Assembly (NCBI GenBank): GCA_964479935.1
Contig: CAYZOF010000002.1
Location: 11,912-75,911 of the forward strand
Length of the DNA stretch: 64,000 nucleotides
Direction: 5' to 3'
From: an uncultured Clostridia bacterium
GTDB lineage: Bacteria; Bacillota; Clostridia; Christensenellales; Borkfalkiaceae
Each line of letters starts with the position of its first letter. Within the stretch, counting starts at the first letter, position 1. Positions 39,195 through 47,608 of the stretch are shown here, in pieces. The notes beneath the pieces were generated by a model. The model had not been told where the DNA came from. It worked only from the letters and a program-made list of their open reading frames with translations, and ran no database searches. The translations under genes and the position numbers were made by a program.

Positions 39195-39932
39195 ATGGAT
39201 TTTAACGGCGTATACGGCATCGGACATATTGTGTATTTGGTACTTGTCGCGATTGCGTTTTCGGTTGGTTTCCATTTTTTGAACAAGCATAAACATGATG
39301 AACGTTTCGGTAGGTTGCTTTTGAAGAGTAGCGCGGCGGTCTTGCTCGCGGCGATTACGGTAAATCGCGTGTCCGTTACCTATTACAATATCGTCATTGC
39401 GCGTAATGGCGATACGTGGTGGACGCTTCTTCCGTATACATTTTGCGGACTTTCGAGTTTAGTTCTTTCCCTTACTGTTTTATTCGGAAAGAAGAATTGC
39501 GGTATTTTGCATTGTATCGCCTATCTCGGTTTTTTAGGCGGAACGATTACGATGTTTTATCCGGATTTTTTGGAAAGCCAAACGTTTTTTGATATTCGCA
39601 GCATAACGGGACTTTTGCATCATACGCTCATGGTTTGGGTCGTAATCGTTTGTATAAAAACGAGGCACTTGCAACCATCTTTGCGGAAATGGCACTATTA
39701 TCCGCTCGGATTATCGTTGATTATGACTTTCGGAATGTTCGAAAAAGAGTGCTTAGGTTTTCGAAAAGCTATGCAGATCGGGGAACCGCTATTAAAATCC
39801 GCGCCTGTGCTTACGGCATGGTATACGGTCGGAATTTTATCCGTAGGGATGGTTTTGGGATTCTTATTCACATTGGAAAAATATCGTACCAAGCGAAAGA
39901 TACCCACAGAGGAAAGTTTACAGGAAAGTTAA
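39195..39932 (+). CDS. polytopic membrane protein (possibly YwaF/TMEM164-like)
   Basis: 245 aa with about 7 TM helices. The LLPYTFCGLSS and GLLHHTLMVW motifs are reminiscent of that family. Low certainty on the family. Confidence 0.55.
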   Translation: MDFNGVYGIGHIVYLVLVAIAFSVGFHFLNKHKHDERFGRLLLKSSAAVLLAAITVNRVSVTYYNIVIARNGDTWWTLLPYTFCGLSSLVLSLTVLFGKKNCGILHCIAYLGFLGGTITMFYPDFLESQTFFDIRSITGLLHHTLMVWVVIVCIKTRHLQPSLRKWHYYPLGLSLIMTFGMFEKECLGFRKAMQIGEPLLKSAPVLTAWYTVGILSVGMVLGFLFTLEKYRTKRKIPTEESLQES

Positions 39933-39939
39933 AGGTAGG

Positions 39940-39972
39940 AATACCGCGACAGTTTTCAGCCGTGGTATTTTT
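39940..39972 (+). terminator. rho-independent terminator after 39195..39932
   Basis: AATACCGCG-12 nt-CGTGGTATT followed by tttc. Confidence 0.5.
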
Positions 39973-40025
39973 CGAGTATATCATTCGTTTTTTCGAAAGA
40001 ATCCCATATAGACATGAAAGAATTT

Positions 40026-40431
40026 CTATTGCAAACATTTTTCTTTCGTAGTATAATATATATGTAAGAAACGAGAGATTTGAGAGTCGTCAGGGGGCTT
40101 AGAAAATCTGCAAAGATTACGAAATTCGTAAGAACACTTTAAGACGTTAATCATTTGCGTATTTTGAGGGAAGCCAAAGATTTTTTTAAGGATGAGGAAC
40201 CACAAGAAACTGTCCAGATGGTAGATGCGAGTTTTCCCCATACGGTTATAAAAAGCAGATTAAAAGTATGGGAATGAGTTCATCTAAATTGATATGCTCT
40301 TCCAAGAGAGAAACGAGATTAGGATTTTTGTTTTCGAGGGAAAGAGTAACGTTGTTGTAGATGTCTTCCAAGGACATTTGCACAAATTTATTTCGCATGA
40401 TTTTTTTCTCCGCTTTTGTTGTTTTTGGCAA
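40026..40431 (-). pseudogene. decayed N-terminal fragment of an IS-type transposase (frameshifted, no catalytic domain)
   Basis: Two consecutive short ORFs in different frames (40246..40431 and 40026..40241). The second (LDSFLWFLILKKIFGFPQNTQMINVLKCSYEFRNLCRFSKPPDDSQISRF) resembles the conserved N-terminal transposase domain of the IS5/IS1182 type. No DDE part follows. Confidence 0.55.
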
Positions 40432-40490
40432 TATAATTATACCACAAAAACGGAGAAAAATCAGTTGTTTATATAGTCTTAAAAGCCTTT

Positions 40491-40526
40491 TGCCGATTGA
40501 CTTTTTTGACTTTTACAATCGGCAAG
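40491..40526 (+). promoter_or_regulatory. 10-bp inverted repeat just upstream of the ROK-like kinase gene (operator or 5' hairpin)
   Basis: TTGCCGATTG - 16 nt - CAATCGGCAA, ending 24 nt before ATG 40551. Confidence 0.4.
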
Positions 40527-40550
40527 TAAAAGAATATAAGTAGGAGAAAT

Positions 40551-41936
40551 ATGGCTATGAGAATGCCCGTATTAGACAAAAATTTTTATCCGATGAATAA
40601 AGCACTCGCCGATTTTGACGCAGAAGTCAAAAAGAGAGGCAAAGCAGTGAAAGTAACGTTAGTTGCGGAACGTAGCAACGGATACAACTACGTATACTCG
40701 TACGACGCGTTGGCAGACGGCGTCAATGACGCGTTGAATTTTCGCGTGGCGGAACGCCTTGCTAAGACAATTTTGTGGGTTGTAGGCGGCTATAAAATTT
40801 ACATTGCCGGCAGTAAATCGATTTACGAATATTTGAAGCAAGCATATACGTTGCAGGGACTCCGCGCGTTCGACGTGGATTTCATGAGCGGCGTGTACGA
40901 AAAGCCTTTCGAGGTAGTTTGGTTAGAAAACGACGCAATTCCCGAACAGAAGAATGCGTCTATTCGCGTAGGCGGTTATTTGGACGGTTGCCGCATCGGT
41001 TTCGACGCAGGCGGATCGGACAGAAAGGTGAGTGCCGTTATTAACGGTGAAGTCGTTTACAGTGAAGAAGTGGTTTGGAATCCGAAAGTAACGGAAGATC
41101 CTACCTATCACTATAATGAAATCTTGACGGCGATGAAAACGGCGGCGTCCAAAATGCCTACCGTTGACGCTATTGGTGTTTCCTCCGCAGGCGTATACGT
41201 CGACAACAAGATTATGGTGGCTTCGTTGTTTATTAAAGTAGACAAAGCGAAACACGGCGATTACGTGAAGAACATGTACATTAACGTTGCCAAAGAAATG
41301 AGCAAAGAATACGGCAAAGAAATTCCTTTGGAAGTAGCCAATGACGGCGACGTAACAGCTTTGGCTGGCGCAATCGATTTGAACGATAACTGCGTGCTGG
41401 GTATCGCAATGGGTACGAGCGAAGCAGTCGGCTATATCAATAACAACGGCGGTATCAATGGTTGGCTTTCGGAGCTTGCGTTCGCACCCGTAGATTTTAA
41501 CGAAGGCGCAATGCAAGACGAATGGAGCGGCGATTTCGGCGTCGGTTGCAAATATTTCTCGCAAGATGCGGTGATTAAACTCGCGGAAGCTGGCGGATAC
41601 AAGTTTGCAGACGGTTTGACGCCTGCGCAGAAATTGAAAGAAATTCAGGCTCTCATGGAAAAGGACGACGCGCTTGCAAGACAGATTTTCGAAGATATCG
41701 GCGTATATCTCGCGCATACCATTCCTTTCTATGCAAAGTTCTACGATATAAAGCACATGTTATTGCTCGGACGCGTTATGGGCGGCAAAGGCGGCGATAT
41801 TATTTTGGCAACTTGCAAAGAGGTTTTGGCTGCGGAATATCCGGAATTCGCAACGCTCGATATTGGACTTCCCGATGAAAACAATCGTCGTGTAGGGCAG
41901 AGCATCGCGGCGGCTTCGTTGCCGGCGACCGTTTAA
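40551..41936 (+). CDS. ASKHA-superfamily sugar kinase, ROK-like, with a ~140-aa N-terminal extension
   Basis: Phosphate-1 motif RIGFDAGGSDRKV, then AIGVSSAGVYV and VANDGDVTALAG. Lacks the ROK CxCGxxGC zinc motif. Located next to nagA. Confidence 0.6.
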   Translation: MAMRMPVLDKNFYPMNKALADFDAEVKKRGKAVKVTLVAERSNGYNYVYSYDALADGVNDALNFRVAERLAKTILWVVGGYKIYIAGSKSIYEYLKQAYTLQGLRAFDVDFMSGVYEKPFEVVWLENDAIPEQKNASIRVGGYLDGCRIGFDAGGSDRKVSAVINGEVVYSEEVVWNPKVTEDPTYHYNEILTAMKTAASKMPTVDAIGVSSAGVYVDNKIMVASLFIKVDKAKHGDYVKNMYINVAKEMSKEYGKEIPLEVANDGDVTALAGAIDLNDNCVLGIAMGTSEAVGYINNNGGINGWLSELAFAPVDFNEGAMQDEWSGDFGVGCKYFSQDAVIKLAEAGGYKFADGLTPAQKLKEIQALMEKDDALARQIFEDIGVYLAHTIPFYAKFYDIKHMLLLGRVMGGKGGDIILATCKEVLAAEYPEFATLDIGLPDENNRRVGQSIAAASLPATV

Positions 41937-41959
41937 GCGTTCGCATATAGGAGAAAAGT

Positions 41960-43108
41960 ATGAAAAGTTTTAGAAATGCAACCGTTTACGTAGAAGGCAA
42001 AGGTTTGACAAAATGTACGGTATGCTTTGACGATAAAATTCAAAGAATTACCGATTCCGAAGAGAATGGCGCGGATGCGATCGTGCTTCCCGAAAATGCA
42101 ATCGTATTGCCGGGATTTGTCGATCAACATATCCACGGAGCCGGCGGCAGTGACGGAATGGACGGAACGACGAAAGATATTTCCGTCATCGCCGATACCG
42201 TAGCGGCGGAAGGCACGACGTCTTTCTGCGTAACGACCATGACGCAGAGTCCTGAAAACATCACGCGCGCAATGGAAGCCGTTAAAACGTATATGTCGGA
42301 ATCGCATCAAAACGGCGCGCGAGTGCTCGGCGTGCATTTGGAGGGACCGTTTATTGCGGCGGCGCATAAAGGCGCGCAACCTTTGGAATATGTCAAAGCT
42401 CCCGATATCAAGGCTTTCGATAAGTACAACGAAGCAAGCGGCAATGCGATCCGCATTGTAACGCTTGCCCCCGAAACGGAAGGAGCGGAGGCTTTTATCG
42501 CGCACCTTTCGAAGAACGGCATTGTTCCCTCGATCGGTCATACAGGCGCGAAAGTGGCGGATATCGAAAAAGCGATTTCGATGGGCGCATGTAACGTAAC
42601 GCATACCTATAACGCGCAGTCTGCGCTTCACCATCGAGAAATCGGTACGGTGGGTAGCGCGATGCTGTTCGACGAATTGAATTGCGAGTTGATTGCGGAT
42701 ACCATCCACGTGTCGGTGCCGGCGATGCGTTTGCTCGCGAAAAACAAATCCGACGACAAGCTTACACTTATAACCGACGCTATGCGAGCCAAAGGACTTC
42801 CCGACGGCATCAGCGAGCTGGGCGGTCAAACGGTGTACGTTAAGAACGGGGAGGCTCGTTTAGAAGACGGTACGCTGGCAGGGAGTGTTTTGCGAATGAA
42901 TCGCGCCGTGCAAAATTTGACGGAGAAAGTCGGTGTTTCGTTCTTGAAAGCCGTAGATTGCGCTACGATAAATCCTGCGAAGAATTTAGGACTTTCCGAT
43001 ACAATCGGGAGCATTAAAGTCGGGAAAAATGCCGATTTCACCGTTTTGAACGATAAATTCGACGTGCTTTTGACGGTACGCGACGGCAATATCATTTATC
43101 AAGCCTAA
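41960..43108 (+). CDS. nagA: N-acetylglucosamine-6-phosphate deacetylase
   Basis: Amidohydrolase motif PGFVDQHIHGAGG. 382 aa with a typical NagA C-terminus. Confidence 0.9.
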   Translation: MKSFRNATVYVEGKGLTKCTVCFDDKIQRITDSEENGADAIVLPENAIVLPGFVDQHIHGAGGSDGMDGTTKDISVIADTVAAEGTTSFCVTTMTQSPENITRAMEAVKTYMSESHQNGARVLGVHLEGPFIAAAHKGAQPLEYVKAPDIKAFDKYNEASGNAIRIVTLAPETEGAEAFIAHLSKNGIVPSIGHTGAKVADIEKAISMGACNVTHTYNAQSALHHREIGTVGSAMLFDELNCELIADTIHVSVPAMRLLAKNKSDDKLTLITDAMRAKGLPDGISELGGQTVYVKNGEARLEDGTLAGSVLRMNRAVQNLTEKVGVSFLKAVDCATINPAKNLGLSDTIGSIKVGKNADFTVLNDKFDVLLTVRDGNIIYQA

Positions 43109-43125
43109 TGTTATTTTCTCATAAA

Positions 43126-43163
43126 AGAGCTTGTTTTTCGTAAGAAAAGCGAGTTCTTTTTTC
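43126..43163 (+). terminator. rho-independent terminator after nagA
   Basis: AGAGCTTGTTTTTC-gtaa-GAAAAGCGAGTTCT (three G-U pairs) followed by TTTTTT. Confidence 0.6.
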
Positions 43164-43215
43164 ATACTTAGAAAACGTTGCGCATAGAATAAAAAAAACA
43201 AGCAGGAGATCGGGA

Positions 43216-44100
43216 ATGGGGGCAATAGAACAGATCGGCAGGGAATTATCGGGGATTCGGCAGGAAACGCCGTTTGAGTTTTCAAAACATAGTTCGATCG
43301 GAATCGGCGGACGGGGAAAGCTCGCGCTGTATCCCGCGACGATAGAAGAAATGCAACAAACCGTCGATTGTTTACGGCGTTCGGCTATCGATTATGCCGT
43401 TGTCGGAAATATGAGCAACGTTTTACCGCCCGACGATCCGTCAGAGAAAATTATAGTATGTACCAAGTTGCTCGTCGGCGCGCAATTGGGCAAAAGCGCA
43501 TTCGTTCTTGCCGGAACAAACGTCGGTACCTTGCTTCGCTCGTGTCGATATGCGGATAAGAGCGGCGCGGAATTTCTGATAGGAATCCCCGGTACGCTCG
43601 GTGGTGCGTTATATATGAATGCGGGAGTTTGTGACCGACACATGTCGGATATTACGGAAAGCGTCCTCGTTTTTCGAAACGGTGTACTGCAGACGATTCC
43701 GCTCAAGGCATGCGGCTATGCCTATAAGCGAAGTGTTTTTATGAAAAATGAGGACGTGATTTTGGGTGCGAATTTACGTTTAACCGATTCGAATAAAATC
43801 CGTATCGAGGAGCTTCAAAAACTATATAGGCAACGTAGAGCGCATTTGCCGAACGGCAAGAGTATGGGGTGTGTTTTCAAAAATCCGGACGGCATGTTTG
43901 CCGGCGAGTTGATCGAAGAGGCAGGGTTGAAAGGGGCGACACAAGGCGCGGCGTTCGTTTCGTCGGAGCATGCGAATTTTATTATTAACGGCGGTTCGGC
44001 GACGGAACGCGATGTGCGTTTGTTGATTGATAGAATTAAAGAAAGGGTGTATAGCAAATTCAGTGTACGACTGGAAGAGGAAATTCGTTATCTTACATAG
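43216..44100 (+). CDS. murB: UDP-N-acetylenolpyruvoylglucosamine reductase MurB
   Basis: FAD-binding SIGIGGRGKLALYP, and MGCVFKNP in the C-terminal domain. Confidence 0.9.
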   Translation: MGAIEQIGRELSGIRQETPFEFSKHSSIGIGGRGKLALYPATIEEMQQTVDCLRRSAIDYAVVGNMSNVLPPDDPSEKIIVCTKLLVGAQLGKSAFVLAGTNVGTLLRSCRYADKSGAEFLIGIPGTLGGALYMNAGVCDRHMSDITESVLVFRNGVLQTIPLKACGYAYKRSVFMKNEDVILGANLRLTDSNKIRIEELQKLYRQRRAHLPNGKSMGCVFKNPDGMFAGELIEEAGLKGATQGAAFVSSEHANFIINGGSATERDVRLLIDRIKERVYSKFSVRLEEEIRYLT

Positions 44101-44183
44101 CGAGTTAATCGATTTGCCTGTATGATGATTTTGGACATTGCATTCGGATAATTTCGAAAAATTTGTAAAATAGCCGAAAAATT

Positions 44184-44212
44184 TTTGCTTTGTGATAGAA
44201 TTCATGCTATAA
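44184..44212 (+). promoter_or_regulatory. promoter for the PPTase gene, leaving a ~90-nt structured leader
   Basis: TTGCTT (44184..44189) - 17 nt - TATAAT (44207..44212). Confidence 0.45.
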
Positions 44213-44304
44213 TAGTATTGCGGTATTAGAGTGCAATAACATGGCATCGAAACTTTTGATGCTGTTATGCGACATTACCTCGAGCAAATTTTTCACGCGG
44301 AGAA

Positions 44305-44988
44305 GTGCCACGGAAACTAGAGAGGCGAATTTTGAACAAAGCGGAATACGAAAATTATTGCCGTGACGAGTGTCGTTGCGGCGCGACGATCGTTCCGTCG
44401 ATAGAGACGGCACAGATTTATATAGCGACAATTCCCGAGGAATTGCCACTCTTGTCCGTTTTTCCGAAATCACGCGACGAAGAGATCCGGGCGTGTAAAA
44501 ATCCGCGCGTGCGCAAAGAAAAATATTGCGCGTGGAAATTATTGGAGTATGCGTTGCGGCAAGTCGGACTTTCCATGTCGGATTTGTGTTTTTCCAAGAC
44601 GGTGCACGGAAAATGGACAACGAATGCTTGTTATTTTTCTCTAACGCATTGCGGCGAATTTCTTGCCGTCGCATTATCTAAAACGCCGATTGGCGTGGAT
44701 GCGGAACGGCTGACGGAAAAACTATCGTCGGCTCGCCGAAAATTCTTGACGAAACAAGAACTGTCGTTTTTAGAAACTCTGCCGCAAAAGGAGCGACTCA
44801 ACTATTTGGCGAAAAAATGGACGCAGAAGGAGAGTATTTTTAAGGCGTACGGGGAAAGTGCGTTTGTTCCGTCTCGGATTCAGACGGACGATTATCCGAC
44901 GCAGACGTTCGTCATGAAAGACGGTTATATTTTATCGGTTGCAACGGACGCTGCGAAAATCGCTTTGCATGATTTACGTCGAGCTTGA
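44305..44988 (+). CDS. 4'-phosphopantetheinyl transferase, Sfp type
   Basis: FSLTHCGEFLAVALS, IGVDAERL and WTQKESIFKAYG motifs. The start is uncertain (GTG 44305). Confidence 0.8.
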   Translation: MPRKLERRILNKAEYENYCRDECRCGATIVPSIETAQIYIATIPEELPLLSVFPKSRDEEIRACKNPRVRKEKYCAWKLLEYALRQVGLSMSDLCFSKTVHGKWTTNACYFSLTHCGEFLAVALSKTPIGVDAERLTEKLSSARRKFLTKQELSFLETLPQKERLNYLAKKWTQKESIFKAYGESAFVPSRIQTDDYPTQTFVMKDGYILSVATDAAKIALHDLRRA

Positions 44989-45027
44989 GAATAAAATGAA
45001 ATCCGCTGAAAACATTCGATAAAACGC

Positions 45028-45056
45028 TTGCATTTTTGAAAGGAGCGTGCTATAAT
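45028..45056 (+). promoter_or_regulatory. promoter for the Cys-triad membrane protein gene
   Basis: TTGCAT (45028..45033) - 17 nt - TATAAT (45051..45056). Confidence 0.55.
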
Positions 45057-45085
45057 ATAGGAAAATATGCAAAGGAGAGTTTGAT

Positions 45086-45547
45086 ATGCGAAAAAAAAGA
45101 CCGTTTTTAATTTTGATTAGCATTCTACTGTTGCTTGTAACGGTATTTTCATTTTCGTTTACGGCTCTTCCGCATAGAGATGAGTGTTCGCATTCTGTAT
45201 GCGAATATTGTGAGGAACTTGAACAGGCGGAGTTGCATTTGCAAGAAACGACTCGCACGCACGGAGAATGTAACGAAGCAGTTTACTGTGAAGTTTGCAC
45301 CTTAATACGTATGCAACAAACGTATTTGCGCGGTAAACGCTCGGAAGGGCATACTTGTCATGCAAAAATTTGTTTTTCTTGCCTTTTGAATATGATTTAT
45401 CGGCGTATTCAATCGTTTGCGGTAACTTTGGCTGTACTGTTGCTGGCGGTTGCCATCATTGCGCAGGTACATTACTTATACTTGAAACCGAGCGTTTTAT
45501 CACGCAAGGTTACGTTGATCGAATTAAAGGTTAAATTAACCGATTAA
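45086..45547 (+). CDS. small bitopic membrane protein with three Cys-triad motifs between two TM helices
   Basis: TM1 at aa 7-27 and TM2 around aa 109-130. Between them lie ECSHSVCEYC, ECNEAVYCEVC and TCHAKICFSC. Own TTGCAT-17-TATAAT promoter and AAAGGAG RBS. Confidence 0.7.
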   Translation: MRKKRPFLILISILLLLVTVFSFSFTALPHRDECSHSVCEYCEELEQAELHLQETTRTHGECNEAVYCEVCTLIRMQQTYLRGKRSEGHTCHAKICFSCLLNMIYRRIQSFAVTLAVLLLAVAIIAQVHYLYLKPSVLSRKVTLIELKVKLTD

Positions 45548-45587
45548 TACAATAGAATACCGTAAAAACGCAGTCTGTTAAAGCGGG

Positions 45588-45638
45588 CTCTTTTGTTGTA
45601 CGTTCCGAAAACGCTTTTGACAAAAGAGTATGTTTTTT
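45588..45638 (+). terminator. compound hairpin + T tract after the Cys-triad gene
   Basis: CTCTTTTGT - 23 nt (with inner CGTT/AACG) - ACAAAAGAG followed by tatgtttttt. Confidence 0.5.
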
Positions 45639-45660
45639 CGCGTGTTTTTACGCACAATAT

Positions 45661-45701
45661 AACGAGCAATCCGCTTTTTACGCGGGGAGGCTCGTTTTCT
45701 T
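45661..45701 (+). promoter_or_regulatory. second hairpin in the leader of the MacB-type ABC operon (possible attenuator)
   Basis: AACGAGC...(CCGC-tttttac-GCGG)...GCTCGTT followed by ttct. It ends ~25 nt before ATG 45726. Confidence 0.35.
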
Positions 45702-45725
45702 ATAGAAAAATAAAGGAGAAACAAC

Positions 45726-46385
45726 ATGATAGAAATTAAAGGTATTACGAAGCAGTTTCAAAACGAAACGGCGATCGATTATAAAGATATAACGTTTGAA
45801 ACAGGGAAATCCTATATGTTGCTCGGTGCGTCGGGATGCGGAAAATCCACGTTATTGAATATGATTGCCGGAATTTTATCTCCGACCAAAGGACAGGTTG
45901 TCATTGACGGCGTCGACATGTCCGGGGCGAGTCAAAAGGCGCGAGATAAGTTCCGTATCGAGAACATCGGCTACATATTTCAAGATTTTAAGCTCATCAA
46001 CGACATGACGGTGACGGATAACATCAATATTTTGCGCTTGGAGGACATAGACACTTCGGACGCGCCGAAACTTTTGGCTTGTTTAGGCATCGAAGAAAAG
46101 AAAAACAGCAAGATCAAACATCTTTCGGGCGGTCAAAAGCAACGCGTCGCTATCGCGCGCGCTCTTGTGAAAAAGCCGCAGATCATTCTCGCGGACGAAC
46201 CGACGGGAAATTTGAACTTCGCCATCGGGGAACAGGTCATTAAGGAATTGATAGAAATTTCTAAAGGCAAAACGTTGATTGCTGTCTCGCATGACGAGCG
46301 TCTTGCCAAGTATTTCGACGAAGTCGTCGATATGAACGAAATGACGGGCGGCAGAAGAGATATCGCGCCCGAGGAGGTGTTGTAA
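45726..46385 (+). CDS. ABC transporter ATP-binding protein (MacB/LolD-like)
   Basis: Walker A GASGCGKSTLLN, LSGGQKQRVAIARAL, ILADEPTGNLN. Confidence 0.9.
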   Translation: MIEIKGITKQFQNETAIDYKDITFETGKSYMLLGASGCGKSTLLNMIAGILSPTKGQVVIDGVDMSGASQKARDKFRIENIGYIFQDFKLINDMTVTDNINILRLEDIDTSDAPKLLACLGIEEKKNSKIKHLSGGQKQRVAIARALVKKPQIILADEPTGNLNFAIGEQVIKELIEISKGKTLIAVSHDERLAKYFDEVVDMNEMTGGRRDIAPEEVL

Positions 46386-47593
46386 TGTTTCGTTTTGCTT
46401 TGAAGAATATGGCAATAAAAATGGTACAAAATATTTTGATTGTGCTGTCTATCGTCCTTTCTGCAGGGATAGCGGTGTTAGCATATAACGTAGCCAATCA
46501 GGTGGAGGAAGGAATAACGAAAAACGCAGGGTATTATTCGGTAATCGTTGGGCCTTCGGGCAGTCAAACGCAACTCGCGATGAATACGATGTATTTCACG
46601 GACGAGCCTGTCGGTACGATTCCCTATTCGGTTGTTACGGATTTACAAAAGGACGGTTCAAGAGTAAAATCGGTCATTCCGTTTGCAATGGCAGACAATT
46701 ATAACGGCTATGGCGTGGTCGGAACGACTTCGGCATTTTTGAACGAAAAAACCGTTGAGAAGGGTACCATGTACGAGGATAACACCACGATGCAGGCGGT
46801 CGTCGGGTATAAAGTGGCGAAATATAACAGCCTTAAAGTCGGCGATGTGATCTATACCAGTCATTCGGCAAACAGTACCGAAACGCACGCAAAGGGAATT
46901 ACTGTCGTCGGTATTTTGGGGGAAAGCCATTCTGCCTACGATAACATCGTATTCACGCAGCTACGTACCCTTTGGGAAATGCACGATCACGGCGAAGATG
47001 CGGAAGAGGGCGATGAGGAACACGATCACGAACACGGCAAAACCGTCTGTGCGGTATTGGTGAATACCACTACGCCTGCGGCGGCGTTGCAACTGGTTAC
47101 CGAATACGACGGAAAAGTGCTCACCGACGATGACGGCGATGCGTTCACCTTACAGGCAATTGAACCGATGGACGTCGTTCGAGGCGTGTTAAACGAAGCC
47201 GACGATACAAAATACATTGTATTTGTGCTTTGCGCGGTTATTTTGCTCATGAATATCATGGTCATTTCGATTATTACGTTGCTCAATATGTATCATTCGG
47301 CGAAGGAAATTTCGCTCATGCGGTTGATCGGTATCAGTATGAAGAAAATCAACCTTTTGTACATTATTCAAAATGGCATCATCGGTTTGGTATCGGCAGG
47401 GTTGGCGTTCGGTTTGTCTAAGGTCTGCTTGCTATTGATGAACAATTACGTGGCGTCTATGGGCGTCGTCTTGAATATGGGCATCGTATATCCTATGGAA
47501 TTCGTGATTTTGTTTGCGGTATTTTTAATAAGCGTCGTTCCCACCGTCATTTGGACGTTCTTTATGTCTAAAAAAGATGGGATAGGCGAGTAA
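46385..47593 (+). CDS. FtsX/MacB-type ABC permease (4 TM) with a His/Asp/Glu-rich insertion in the extracytoplasmic domain
   Basis: TM1, then a ~240-aa external domain, then three C-terminal TM helices (FtsX-like layout). The loop MHDHGEDAEEGDEEHDHEHG is encoded at 46979..47038. Confidence 0.85.
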   Translation: MFRFALKNMAIKMVQNILIVLSIVLSAGIAVLAYNVANQVEEGITKNAGYYSVIVGPSGSQTQLAMNTMYFTDEPVGTIPYSVVTDLQKDGSRVKSVIPFAMADNYNGYGVVGTTSAFLNEKTVEKGTMYEDNTTMQAVVGYKVAKYNSLKVGDVIYTSHSANSTETHAKGITVVGILGESHSAYDNIVFTQLRTLWEMHDHGEDAEEGDEEHDHEHGKTVCAVLVNTTTPAAALQLVTEYDGKVLTDDDGDAFTLQAIEPMDVVRGVLNEADDTKYIVFVLCAVILLMNIMVISIITLLNMYHSAKEISLMRLIGISMKKINLLYIIQNGIIGLVSAGLAFGLSKVCLLLMNNYVASMGVVLNMGIVYPMEFVILFAVFLISVVPTVIWTFFMSKKDGIGE

Positions 47594-47608
47594 AAGGAGA
47601 AAAAACTT

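Noticed and set aside
45086-45547. Zinc-binding anti-sigma factor (ZAS; HxxxCxxC seen in HAKICFSC)
   Set aside because: The Cys motifs lie between two TM helices (predicted outside the cell) rather than in an N-terminal cytoplasmic domain. No sigma-factor gene is adjacent.
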